A stretch of DNA of 64,000 nucleotides from Candidatus Bathyarchaeota archaeon (GTDB taxonomy: Archaea > Thermoproteota > Bathyarchaeia > Bathyarchaeales > Bathycorpusculaceae): NCBI GenBank assembly GCA_963772455.1, contig CAVYXJ010000010.1:320001-384000 (forward strand), in the 5' to 3' direction. The first letter of the stretch is position 1; each line of letters starts with the position of its first letter. Shown one piece after another: positions 20,772-30,546 of this stretch. Made by a program: the position numbers and the translations under genes. The notes under the pieces are model-generated. The model was not told the origin of the DNA, ran no database searches, and was given only the letters and a program-made list of their open reading frames with translations.

Positions 20772-20846
20772 GCTCCGGTAGTATAGTCCGGTCAAGTATG
20801 CCGGCCTCTCGAGTCGGCGACCCGGGTCCAAATCCCGGCCGGAGCA
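20772..20846 (+). tRNA. tRNA-Glu(CTC)
   Basis: Acceptor GCTCCGG/CCGGAGC, anticodon arm CCGGC-CTCTCGA-GTCGG, T arm CCGGG-TCCAAAT-CCCGG. Confidence 0.93.
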
Positions 20847-20877
20847 CTACTATTTTTAATTTTTCAACAGAATTAAA

Positions 20878-21981
20878 TTATTTGTATATGAGCGTTGAAC
20901 AGAGTTCTTCAACGGTTCGGTTAAGCGTTAACTCTGCCATGTTTCGGCTGTAATCCATAATTCGCCTTGAACTGTCAAAGATTAGTCGCAATAGTGAGTT
21001 TATGTTTGGGTCGAGTTTTTTGCTTGACATTAACATGATTAATTCGTTTTCGAGGGGGATGAGTGCTTCGCGTTTGGAGATTAGTTTTTCTGCATCTTTG
21101 TAGTCTCTTTTGAATAAGGCTTTGATTGAGTCATCGTATAGTTGGTGTGCTTGAAGGCTGAAATTGACGAGTTGATTGTAAATTTCTTCGTCTATTGGGT
21201 CTTTTATGAATAGGGTTTGGTCATCGATTAATTTTTGTAGAGTGTCCAGGTTGTTTATTATGGTCATTGCGTTTTGGGCGATGCTTTCTATGTCATTTAC
21301 TGCTATGCGATAGAGGAGGAACTCTTTTGGTGTTTTAAATCCAAGTTCACGGTAGAGGTTACGTTCTATGCCATGTTTTAACTGGCGTACAATGTAGAGT
21401 CCGAGGCGGTTTACGTCGTTGTGTGCGCTTATGACGCTGTCAAATAGTGTTGTGCTTCGATCTTTTAGTGCAGCTATGGCATCTCTGTTTGCGGCAAGAG
21501 CTACGATTGCCATTCTACGGACGGCTTTTTCTAATGGAAATTCTGAGTGTTTGATTAAAATTTGTAGGGTTATTTCATCTTGGGTTTCATCAATTATTTC
21601 TGATCCTAAAAATTTATCTCGGGCTAGGTTTTTTATTTGGGTTTTGTTTTTTGTTGCGTCTTGAGTGTTTTTGAAGTGGACTCTAATTATATCGGCTCCA
21701 ATTGCATAGAGTGCGCGTATCATTCGAACCATTGCTTGTGGGGGTTCTTTGGGGTCGATGTTTATGCAGTATTCTTTAGGTTTGGAAGAATCGTCTCTGC
21801 CTTCTTTTTCCATTATTGTTCTTGGAACCAAGGTTAGTGTGGAGTCAGGTTGGGTGTTGAAGGCGATTTCGCTTCCACGTTTTAAGCCTATGTCTTCTAC
21901 CCATTCTTTTGGGAGGGAAATGATGTAGGAGCCTCTTCCAGTGCATTGCACTCTTCTGTAACCAAGATCTTTTTCTGCCAA
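20878..21981 (-). CDS. AbrB-PhoU family transcriptional regulator
   Basis: RRVQCTGRGSYIISLPKEW AbrB domain, ALYAIGAD, GSEIIDET, two PhoU-like helical repeats. Confidence 0.88.
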   Translation of the reverse strand: MAEKDLGYRRVQCTGRGSYIISLPKEWVEDIGLKRGSEIAFNTQPDSTLTLVPRTIMEKEGRDDSSKPKEYCINIDPKEPPQAMVRMIRALYAIGADIIRVHFKNTQDATKNKTQIKNLARDKFLGSEIIDETQDEITLQILIKHSEFPLEKAVRRMAIVALAANRDAIAALKDRSTTLFDSVISAHNDVNRLGLYIVRQLKHGIERNLYRELGFKTPKEFLLYRIAVNDIESIAQNAMTIINNLDTLQKLIDDQTLFIKDPIDEEIYNQLVNFSLQAHQLYDDSIKALFKRDYKDAEKLISKREALIPLENELIMLMSSKKLDPNINSLLRLIFDSSRRIMDYSRNMAELTLNRTVEELCSTLIYK

Positions 21982-22253
21982 AGTATTCGCCTGGTAAACG
22001 TTTCGTATAGATTACGTATATCGTTAAGGTACATATAAATGATTATCGACAAAGTTATATAGAATACATGCTATTTTGTGGGCTATCCTGAAAAAAGAGG
22101 GCAATGAAATGCCGTTAAACACTTGTAAAATAGTGGTAAAAAATGATAATCAAATAATAACAAGCAAGGGCGTATTATGCACAAACGATACTGAACTCCA
22201 TGTGTTTATGCTCACTTGTCCACGCGAAAAAATAATTAAGGAAGAGTTTTAGC

Positions 22254-22697
22254 ATGAAAAAAATAATTGCAAAACAAGAAGCCTGCATGGGGTGCGGAAT
22301 ATGTGAAGTCCACTGTACCGTAGCACATTCAAAATCAAAAGATATTATCAAAGCCTACAACAGCGAAAAGCCTAAACCCCTAAGTCGAATCAGACGAGAA
22401 GTAAACAAGCCAGTTTCATTTGCCATCCAATGTCGACACTGCGAAGATGCTCCATGTGTAAGCGCATGTCTATCCGGTGCTATGCAGAAAGACCAAAAAA
22501 CAGGTGAAGTAACTCACAACAAAGAAAAATGCATAGGTTGCTGGACTTGCGTCATGGTTTGTCCATATGGTGCTTTAATTATGGATAAGGAAGGTCACGT
22601 TGTTGCCAAATGTGATTTATGCCAAGGTTTAAGCGAACCTGCATGCGTAGCAAACTGCCCTAACCAAGCGTTGGTATTCAAAGAGGTGAAACTATAA
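22254..22697 (+). CDS. 4Fe-4S dicluster protein (DmsB/CooF-like)
   Basis: Four Cys groups: CMGCGICEVHC, CRHCEDAPC..C, CIGCWTCVMVCP, KCDLC..PACVANCP. Confidence 0.9.
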   Translation: MKKIIAKQEACMGCGICEVHCTVAHSKSKDIIKAYNSEKPKPLSRIRREVNKPVSFAIQCRHCEDAPCVSACLSGAMQKDQKTGEVTHNKEKCIGCWTCVMVCPYGALIMDKEGHVVAKCDLCQGLSEPACVANCPNQALVFKEVKL

Positions 22698-23977
22698 TGG
22701 TGAAGTACGTCATTATTGGTGCTTCTGCAGCTGGTATCGCCGCAGTCGGAGCTATAAGAAAAATTGATCCTGTTGGAGCGATCATGGTTTTTACTGAAGA
22801 AGAGTGCTCGGATTACTCTAGACCAATGATAAGCGAGTTAGTTAGCGGTAAAGCAGATCTCTCAAAGATGAAGTGCAAAGCCGAAGACTTCTGGACGGAA
22901 AATAAAGCAGAAGTACGTCTGGGTGTAAAGGTTACAAGTCTAAACTTGGCAGAGAAAACCGTAAACTTGGAAGGTGGAGAAAAAGTAGTTTATGAAAAGT
23001 TGTTGCTTGCCACAGGAGGTAAACCATTTGTTCCTAAAATGGAAGGGCAAGAAAGAGATGGTGTTTTCACATTCACGAGTATGGCAGAAGCTCAGCGGTT
23101 ATCTGCAAAAATTGATAGTTTGCAAGCGAAGAGCGCCGTGGTTATTGGTGCAGGTTTAATCGGAATAAGCGTTACTGAAGCCCTTATGAAACGTGGATTA
23201 AAAGTTACCATTGTTGAACTTCAAGAGAAGATCCTAAGTTTGCTTCTAGATTCGAAAGCATCAGACATTGTTGAGGCAGTTATTAGAAAAGCAGGAGTTA
23301 ACTTTGCTACTGGGCAATCTGTGCAAAAAATTATTGGTAAACCAGAAAATGCTGGAGTAGTTGGCGGAGTAATCTTAACTAAAGGCGACGAGGTGCCCTG
23401 TGATCTTGTCATTGTAGCTATAGGTGTGATTCCACGAACTGAACTTGTAGTTGGAACAGATGTGAAAATAAACAGAGGAATAGTTGTGGATAATTTCATG
23501 CAAACCAATGTTCCTGACGTTTATGCCAGCGGCGATGTAGCTGAAACTTACGATTTTATTTTAAACCAAAGTCGTTCATTGCCTTTGTGGCCGCTAGCGG
23601 TTTTGGAAGGCAGAGTTGCAGGTGCAAATATGGCAGGATCAAAAATCAGTTATGAAGGAGGCACCAACATGAGCAGCTTCAAGTACTTTGGAATACCCAT
23701 AGTTTCGATCGGTTTAGCTAACCCAAAAGAAGATCCAACGCTGGAAATCATCGTTAAGCAAGACTTAGAACATAATGTGTACAAAAAATTGGTTCTAAGA
23801 AACAATATACTCGTTGGCATGACCTTGGTTAATTGTATCGATCGCGCTGGAATATTGTTCATCTTGATTAAGGATAAAGTTAACGTGAAGAAATTTAAGC
23901 AAGATCTGCTTCGAGACGATTTCGGTTGGGCCGTTTTGCCTGTTAAGATGCAAAGAGAAATGGGAGTTGTCCAATAA
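22697..23977 (+). CDS. FAD-dependent NAD(P)H oxidoreductase (NirB/NROR-like)
   Basis: IIGASAAG, LLATGG, VIGAGLIG, TNVPDVYASGD. Confidence 0.9.
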   Translation: MVKYVIIGASAAGIAAVGAIRKIDPVGAIMVFTEEECSDYSRPMISELVSGKADLSKMKCKAEDFWTENKAEVRLGVKVTSLNLAEKTVNLEGGEKVVYEKLLLATGGKPFVPKMEGQERDGVFTFTSMAEAQRLSAKIDSLQAKSAVVIGAGLIGISVTEALMKRGLKVTIVELQEKILSLLLDSKASDIVEAVIRKAGVNFATGQSVQKIIGKPENAGVVGGVILTKGDEVPCDLVIVAIGVIPRTELVVGTDVKINRGIVVDNFMQTNVPDVYASGDVAETYDFILNQSRSLPLWPLAVLEGRVAGANMAGSKISYEGGTNMSSFKYFGIPIVSIGLANPKEDPTLEIIVKQDLEHNVYKKLVLRNNILVGMTLVNCIDRAGILFILIKDKVNVKKFKQDLLRDDFGWAVLPVKMQREMGVVQ

Positions 23978-25092
23978 TGAACCAAAATGATAGAAATATA
24001 ATCAGTCCTTTCGGGGACGATAAGGATTTCTCAGGCTGCGCCCTCTTCGGCATGATGAATACTCAGGGTACACGATTTGGCTCTAAAGACCCTGTTCGAG
24101 CAATCACCAATATGCATGACCGCGGCAACGGAATGGGTGGTGGTTTCGCAGTCTACGGAATATATCCAGATTTCAAAGAACAATATGCATTCCACATAAT
24201 GTACCTGGGCAAGGATGCAAAAGAAAAAACTGATAAAATTCTAGCTTCAAAGTTTGATATTATATACGATGAAGAAATGCAAACCAGACCAGCTAATGTT
24301 CGGGATCCACCGCAGGTATGGCGTTACTTTGTTCAGCCCAAAAAATTGCGTCCAGAAAATCAAACCGAAGAAGATTACGTTATTGACGCAATTATGCATA
24401 TTAACAGTGAAACCGGAAAAGCATTTGTTTTTTCCAGCGGTAAAAACATGGGGGTTTTTAAAGGCGTTGGTTTCCCAGAAGATGTTGCAGAGTTCTTCTG
24501 TTTAGATGAATATGAAGGATACCTTTGGTCTTGCCACAGCCGATTCCCTACAAACACTCCTGGTTGGTGGGGAGGAGCACATCCCTTTAGCATCCTGGAT
24601 TGGACAGTGGTACACAACGGTGAACTCTCATCATACGGCATAAACCGTCGTTACTTGGAAATGTACGGTTACAAATGTACCATGCAAACAGACACCGAAG
24701 TTTTAGCATACGCTGTGGATTTGCTTATGCGAAGACAAAACTTGCCAATAGAAATGGTTGCACAAGTGTTGGCTGCGCCTTTATGGAGTGAAATTGATAC
24801 GATGGAACCCAAACAAGCCCAGATTCTTAGAACGCTGCGTCAAACCTATGGAAGCCTACTAATGAATGGGCCATTCAGCATAATTATTGCTCATCATAGC
24901 GAAATGATAGGCTTAACTGATAGAATCAAACTGCGACCCATGGTTGCAGGTACAAACGGAGACTACACATACCTCTCATCTGAGGAATCCGCCATGCGAT
25001 TAGTCTCGCCGAACCTAGATAAGTTCTGGTGTCCAAGAGGCGGCGAACCTGTTGTTTGCAAATTAAAAGACACCCTTGGGGGCTTAAAATAA
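23977..25092 (+). CDS. gltB1: Glutamate synthase, class II glutamine amidotransferase subunit
   Basis: Propeptide then CALFG, HSRFPTN..WGGAHPF, VHNGE, TDTEV. Confidence 0.9.
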   Translation: MNQNDRNIISPFGDDKDFSGCALFGMMNTQGTRFGSKDPVRAITNMHDRGNGMGGGFAVYGIYPDFKEQYAFHIMYLGKDAKEKTDKILASKFDIIYDEEMQTRPANVRDPPQVWRYFVQPKKLRPENQTEEDYVIDAIMHINSETGKAFVFSSGKNMGVFKGVGFPEDVAEFFCLDEYEGYLWSCHSRFPTNTPGWWGGAHPFSILDWTVVHNGELSSYGINRRYLEMYGYKCTMQTDTEVLAYAVDLLMRRQNLPIEMVAQVLAAPLWSEIDTMEPKQAQILRTLRQTYGSLLMNGPFSIIIAHHSEMIGLTDRIKLRPMVAGTNGDYTYLSSEESAMRLVSPNLDKFWCPRGGEPVVCKLKDTLGGLK

Positions 25093-26603
25093 TGAAAACA
25101 TTCATCCAACCCGAATACCTAATTGATCGAGACGAAAAACGTTGCATTCGCTGCAAAGTATGCATTAACCAATGCACCTATGACACCCACCTATACGATG
25201 AAGAAACAGACACTGTATGCAGTAAAGAAGAGAACTGTATTAACTGCCAACGATGCGTAACTTTTTGCCCAACTCACGCAATCACAATTAGAAAGAACCC
25301 TAACGTAAGTCGAGACAACGCCAACTGGACTATGGAAAAAATTCGAGATGTGAAAAAACAGGCAGAAACTGGGGGCGTAATCTTAACTGGAATGGGCTGC
25401 GATAAACCAGAATTCACTTACTGGGATCGACTGCTTCTAAACGCTAGTCAAGTCACTAACCCTTCAATAGATCCATTGCGGGAGCCTATGGAAATCCGAA
25501 CTTACCTTGGTACTAAACCCGATTGCTTAGATTTCAAGGTTGAAAAAGGCGACACTGTATTGAAGACACAGTTGACTCCGCAGCTTTGCTTGGACACGCC
25601 AATAATGTTCTCTGCTATGTCTTATGGTGCTATCAGTTTAAACGTGCATGAATCTTTGGCTCGAGCTGCAACTGAATGCGGTACATATTGGAATACGGGT
25701 GAAGGTGGCTTAGATAAGAGTCTCTACAAATATGGTGATCATACCATTGTTCAAGTTGCTTCGGGCAGATTCGGAGTTCATTCAGATTACCTCAACGCAG
25801 GTGCAGCAGTAGAAATCAAAATTGGTCAAGGAGCAAAACCGGGAATCGGCGGTCACCTTCCTGGAGAAAAAGTCACTGAGCACGTCGCCAAAACCCGAAT
25901 GATCCCCCAAGGAACAGATGCACTCTCACCTGCACCCCAACATGACATTTACTCTATTGAAGACTTACGTCAATTAATCTATGCATTAAAAGAAGCAACC
26001 AACTATACCAAACCAATATCCGTTAAAATCGCTGCAGTTCACAACGTAGCCGCAATTGCCAGTGGCATGGTGCGGGCAGGAGCAGACATTGTTGCTTTAG
26101 ATGGAGTTAGAGGAGCTACTGGTGCGGCACCTAAAGTTATTCGAGACAACGTGGGTATACCCATCGAATTAGCCATTGCCCAAGTAGACCAACGTTTGCG
26201 TGAAGAAGGCATACGAAACAATGCATCATTGGTTGCTGCGGGAGGAATTCGAAGCAGTGGCGATGTTATAAAAGCCATTGCACTTGGAGCTGACGCAGTT
26301 TACATTGCAACCGCAGCCTTGATTTCTATCGGATGCACAGTTTGTCAACGTTGTTATACTGGAAAGTGCCCTTGGGGAATTGCAACCAGTGATCAATGGA
26401 TTAGTAAACGAATAAACCCAGATATTGCATCTAAGAGACTTGTGAATTTGCTCAATAGTTGGAGTTTAGAGATTAAGGACATGATGGGTGGTATGGGCAT
26501 AAATGCTATTGAAAGCTTACGTGGTAACCGTTTGGCGCTCAGAGGTGTTGGTCTAAGCGAGACCGAGCTAAATATATTGGGCGTAAAGATGGCAGGAGCG
26601 TAA
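25092..26603 (+). CDS. gltB2: Glutamate synthase FMN subunit with N-terminal 2x[4Fe-4S]
   Basis: AMSYGAIS, NTGEGG, QVASGRFG, EIKIGQGAKPGIGGHL, CTVCQRCYTGKCPWG; ATG 25092 overlaps the upstream TAA. Confidence 0.94.
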   Translation: MKTFIQPEYLIDRDEKRCIRCKVCINQCTYDTHLYDEETDTVCSKEENCINCQRCVTFCPTHAITIRKNPNVSRDNANWTMEKIRDVKKQAETGGVILTGMGCDKPEFTYWDRLLLNASQVTNPSIDPLREPMEIRTYLGTKPDCLDFKVEKGDTVLKTQLTPQLCLDTPIMFSAMSYGAISLNVHESLARAATECGTYWNTGEGGLDKSLYKYGDHTIVQVASGRFGVHSDYLNAGAAVEIKIGQGAKPGIGGHLPGEKVTEHVAKTRMIPQGTDALSPAPQHDIYSIEDLRQLIYALKEATNYTKPISVKIAAVHNVAAIASGMVRAGADIVALDGVRGATGAAPKVIRDNVGIPIELAIAQVDQRLREEGIRNNASLVAAGGIRSSGDVIKAIALGADAVYIATAALISIGCTVCQRCYTGKCPWGIATSDQWISKRINPDIASKRLVNLLNSWSLEIKDMMGGMGINAIESLRGNRLALRGVGLSETELNILGVKMAGA

Positions 26604-26607
26604 AGAT

Positions 26608-27411
26608 ATGTTACAACAAAGAACTAAACCCTTGGAAATCGACGCAAAATACCAAAACCTAATCAAAACTGAAGATAAAGTGGTCAAAATAAACGCTGAA
26701 GGCCTCTATTACAAAGAATTAAACTGCTTACTAAGACAGGTAATCACAACAGACGTTGCGCGAATTGAACTGCACAATATTTGTGGACAACGATACTTAG
26801 GTACAGATCTCGACACCAAAATACCAATTGACATTTTTGGAACACCTGGAAATGACTTGGGTGCTTTCATGTGTGGACCCAAAATAGTTATCCACGGCAA
26901 CGCACAAGACGCTAGCGGCAACACAATGAACGAAGGCCAAATAATTGTTCATGGGCACGCAGGCGACTTAACAGGGCATTCGATGCGAGGCGGTAAGATT
27001 TTCATTAAAGACTTTGTCGGCTACCGCGTAGGCATCCACATGAAAGAGTACCAACGAAAAATCCCTCAAATTGTTATCGGCGAAACCGCGGGCGACTTTC
27101 TCGCTGAATACATGGCAGGTGGAGTTATCCTCATTTTGGGGTTAAACCTTAAAGAAGGTGAAAAGAGCGTTGCAAAATTCGTTGGTACAGGAATGCATGG
27201 CGGAGTCATCTATGAACGCGGTGATATCCTTGTACCTGAACCTGGAACTAAAACTATGTCTGTGGGTAAACGCGATTTGCAAGTTATCACGAGTTTAGTT
27301 AACGAATACTGTAGTCACTTTGGCTCCGACCCTAAAACAATTCTATCTGGCAAATTCAAAAAAATATTGCCTCTCTCAAAGCGACCTTACGAAAAACTAT
27401 ACTCCCACTAA
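26608..27411 (+). CDS. gltB3: Glutamate synthase GXGXG beta-helix subunit
   Basis: GQRYLG, GTPGNDLGAFM, GIHMKEY, EYMAGG, GTGMHGG. Confidence 0.92.
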   Translation: MLQQRTKPLEIDAKYQNLIKTEDKVVKINAEGLYYKELNCLLRQVITTDVARIELHNICGQRYLGTDLDTKIPIDIFGTPGNDLGAFMCGPKIVIHGNAQDASGNTMNEGQIIVHGHAGDLTGHSMRGGKIFIKDFVGYRVGIHMKEYQRKIPQIVIGETAGDFLAEYMAGGVILILGLNLKEGEKSVAKFVGTGMHGGVIYERGDILVPEPGTKTMSVGKRDLQVITSLVNEYCSHFGSDPKTILSGKFKKILPLSKRPYEKLYSH

Positions 27412-27523
27412 AACCACTTTATTTTTTGTCAAAATTATTATTTTTGTGAAAAATCAGGTGAATTTTCTTCTTCAATTCTTGGCAATAAATTATAATTAAG
27501 GATGAATAAAGTGAAGAAAAAAT

Positions 27524-27736
27524 TTAGCCCTGCGCTCTTCTGATTTCTTTTTGCTGAGCCATAAGTAGCACTGCCAAAACCGCCAAAAATATTGTTGCGA
27601 ATACAATCACACCGATGAATATTTTGTACGAGAAGTCTATGTTAACGTAGAAAAGCACCAAAATGAACACTAGCACCAAAGCTAAAACTAGTGCTTCCAT
27701 ATATCCATTGAAGACTTTCATTCTTCCAAAACTCAT
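27524..27736 (-). CDS. Small two-TM membrane protein
   Basis: SD GGTGA, two hydrophobic helices, basic tail. Confidence 0.65.
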   Translation of the reverse strand: MSFGRMKVFNGYMEALVLALVLVFILVLFYVNIDFSYKIFIGVIVFATIFLAVLAVLLMAQQKEIRRAQG

Positions 27737-27902
27737 TTGATTTTCACCGGTTTCAATGTTCTTGAGCTAGCGTATCATATTAATTTTCTGTCTCCATACT
27801 TCTTATTTTTCGGTTATGCTTGAAGTCCTAAGCTTTGCTCTAAAAACTTATATTGAATATTATGTGATGTACAAGATCATAACTTAAAGAGGACATAACT
27901 AA

Positions 27903-29063
27903 TTGCTGATTCTAACAGGTAAATTGCGACGAATGCTTGTTTCTGAAATTGGCAAGGTCTTCCTCATTGGTTTATCCTCAAGACTTCTTATTTTTGGAGT
28001 AACTCTTTTAACATCTGTTTTTTTTAGTTCAACAAGAATTGTATCGTCAATTCCTTTTGTGAATTTTTTTAGTCAGTGGGATGGGGCTTGGTATAATCAA
28101 ATTGCGCTTTTCGGGTACCCTGGTGGAAGTGATCCTCTTAGTGGAAATTGGGCTTTCTTTCCTCTTTATCCTTTTTTGATGCGTGTTTTTGGGACTCCGT
28201 TTTTTGGATTAATATCGTCTGCTGACGCGGTTTTATTCTCTGGCTTTTTGATAAGTAATATACTTTTTTTTGTAAGTCTGTTTCTTTTTTATCATTTAAC
28301 TAAGGTCATTTTTGGGAAAAATAGTTTAGCTTTGATTTCAACAGTTTTCTTTGCGTTTTGGCCAGGAGCCCTATTTTACTCAGCAGTGTATTCTGAGAGT
28401 TTATTTATGACGTTTGCTTTGGGTGCTTTCTACCTTTTGGAAAAAGGAAAATCAGGCAAATCAGCGGTTCTTGGTTTTTTTGCCGCTTTGACGCGTAGTA
28501 GTGGCTTTTTAGTGTTCATACCTTTTGTTTATAATGGACTGCAAACTCGTAAGTACCGCACAGCAATTTTACAAACTTTTGCAATATTCTTACCCTATTT
28601 GCTGTTCAATGTTTATGGGTACTTTTCAACTGGTTTATTTCCAGTAAGAGAAATAGTTTACAATCATATTTGGGGAGCATCAAGACTCACATTTACCCAA
28701 GTAACTGGTTATCAAATAGGCTATACAGGATTGTTTTCGATTGAAGCATTTTTAATTCTTTTGCCGTTTGCTTGGTTTCTTCTTACCGAAAAAATTCCCA
28801 TTAGTGATTTTGTTAAAGGTTTAGTTGCTCAAAGAAAAGATTTGAAATATTGGATTTTTTCAATTTACACTCTTTTGATGTTGCTTTTCTATTCAGACCC
28901 TCAGAATCTGCATAGATATGCTCTGCCGATTTTGCCTTTGTATTGGGTTTCAGCTTTGGTATGGGGGAAGAATAAAAAAATAGGTAAATTAATGCTCATT
29001 ATATCTTCGATAATTTTAGTTTTAGGTACAATATTGTTTACTACAGGTAACAACTACTTGTAG
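27903..29063 (+). CDS. GT-C mannosyltransferase, PIG-V/GPI18-like
   Basis: WDGAWYNQIA..GY, AFFPLYP, YSESLF, TRSSG; polytopic. Confidence 0.85.
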   Translation: MLILTGKLRRMLVSEIGKVFLIGLSSRLLIFGVTLLTSVFFSSTRIVSSIPFVNFFSQWDGAWYNQIALFGYPGGSDPLSGNWAFFPLYPFLMRVFGTPFFGLISSADAVLFSGFLISNILFFVSLFLFYHLTKVIFGKNSLALISTVFFAFWPGALFYSAVYSESLFMTFALGAFYLLEKGKSGKSAVLGFFAALTRSSGFLVFIPFVYNGLQTRKYRTAILQTFAIFLPYLLFNVYGYFSTGLFPVREIVYNHIWGASRLTFTQVTGYQIGYTGLFSIEAFLILLPFAWFLLTEKIPISDFVKGLVAQRKDLKYWIFSIYTLLMLLFYSDPQNLHRYALPILPLYWVSALVWGKNKKIGKLMLIISSIILVLGTILFTTGNNYL

Positions 29064-29115
29064 GTTTTAAGAATCTATTTTTTTATATTAGGTGGGATTC
29101 GAATCATTACCCTGA

Positions 29116-30333
29116 TTAGCTTTTTCGCGAAATTAGCATTGATCCTATCGTTGCCATTATGGCCGTCGTAACTATGACAACTATTGCTATGTCCACAAAA
29201 ATATCTGCATATAAGAGTCCGAGTTGCGCTGGCAAAGTAGCTAAAACCGCCGTGGCTAATCCTCTTGTCAAAATTACAGTCAGAATTTTACGTTCATTGC
29301 ACAATGAACATTTAACCGTGGTTAACCAAACTGCGCCATAACGGGTGACAAGCATAATTGCTGAAAGCACAACTCCCGAAATTAAAACAGTTACGCTTGA
29401 AACAGACGCGATAATGCCTAAGAAAACAAAGAAGAAAGTGCTGATTAGAAACGCCACTTCAGCCTCAAAGCGCTTCAAACCCTTAGTTACAGACAGTGTG
29501 ATTTTGCCTCCATTTTGGTTTGTATCGAGGTTTAGCCTAAACACTTTGAGAAGGTCGTGTTCATTTCCCAAAATCAAACCGAAAAGCAATACACACAAAA
29601 CCCCGCTTCCGCCTAAAACTTCAGTAGCGGCATAACCCAATAGCACAATACCTAAAGTCAGCATGTAGGTGAAAGGCAAAGAAGAGACTTTTTTTAATGC
29701 AAATAGCCAAGCAAAACCTAATCCAATGCCGACGACTAATCCGATGAGGAATTTGCCTGCGATGCCTATGCCGATTGCTGTTACGTTGGCGTTGCCTGTG
29801 ATTAAGATGTCGATTATGGCTATTGCAATGACGATGCTAAATATGTCGGTGATGGCGGATTCCAATATTAGTATGGTTGCGCCTTTTTCGCTGATTTTTA
29901 TTTTGTTTGCTAACGAAACCACGATTACTGAACTGCTTCCGCCAAATATTGCCCCGAAAAGTAACCCGTAGAGCAAAGGCATGTTTAAGGCGTACATCAT
30001 GAATGCTGCAACACCTAACATACTGAAAACAAAGCCCAGTATAGCCAGCAAGATTGCTTTTGGGCTGTTGTAGAGGACTTGTTTGATGTTTAATCCCATT
30101 CCCCCGTCAAATATGATGAAGGATAAAGCTAACGCGGCGATGTAAGGCGCGAAACTCTTTATTGCTTCTGGGGCAAATATTCCAAGGACAGGTCCAAAAA
30201 CGGCCCCTAAAAGTATGAGTATAAGCATGTCGGGAAATCCTGTTTTGTTGAAAAGGTGATTGGCTAAGAAACCAATCAAGATTATTAATGCACTTACAAT
30301 AAGTGCCAAGGAAACGGAATCAACCAAGTGCAA
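29116..30333 (-). CDS. CPA1 (NhaP-type) cation:proton antiporter
   Basis: IIFDGG, ILESAITD, FFFVFLG, TRGLATAVLA. Confidence 0.88.
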   Translation of the reverse strand: MHLVDSVSLALIVSALIILIGFLANHLFNKTGFPDMLILILLGAVFGPVLGIFAPEAIKSFAPYIAALALSFIIFDGGMGLNIKQVLYNSPKAILLAILGFVFSMLGVAAFMMYALNMPLLYGLLFGAIFGGSSSVIVVSLANKIKISEKGATILILESAITDIFSIVIAIAIIDILITGNANVTAIGIGIAGKFLIGLVVGIGLGFAWLFALKKVSSLPFTYMLTLGIVLLGYAATEVLGGSGVLCVLLFGLILGNEHDLLKVFRLNLDTNQNGGKITLSVTKGLKRFEAEVAFLISTFFFVFLGIIASVSSVTVLISGVVLSAIMLVTRYGAVWLTTVKCSLCNERKILTVILTRGLATAVLATLPAQLGLLYADIFVDIAIVVIVTTAIMATIGSMLISRKS

Positions 30334-30546
30334 TCAAGTACACATCACATCGGGAATCGTTATTAAAACTTTCAGCGAAGAAACATTAATTGTGTTTTTA
30401 CAAAAAACCTAAAAGGTTCTCGAATCTATAGCATTCTGATCGTAGTGATAGTGTATAAACGCAGAAGAAACGCTATAAGCTTTTATAGATATGTTGATGA
30501 GAGATGTTAAAAAGAAAATGTCAGCTTCCGAGAGGATAAAGACTAA

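Noticed and set aside
25029-25091. N-terminal extension of GltB2
   Set aside because: Lies inside gltB1; the TAATG-coupled ATG at 25092 is the likely start
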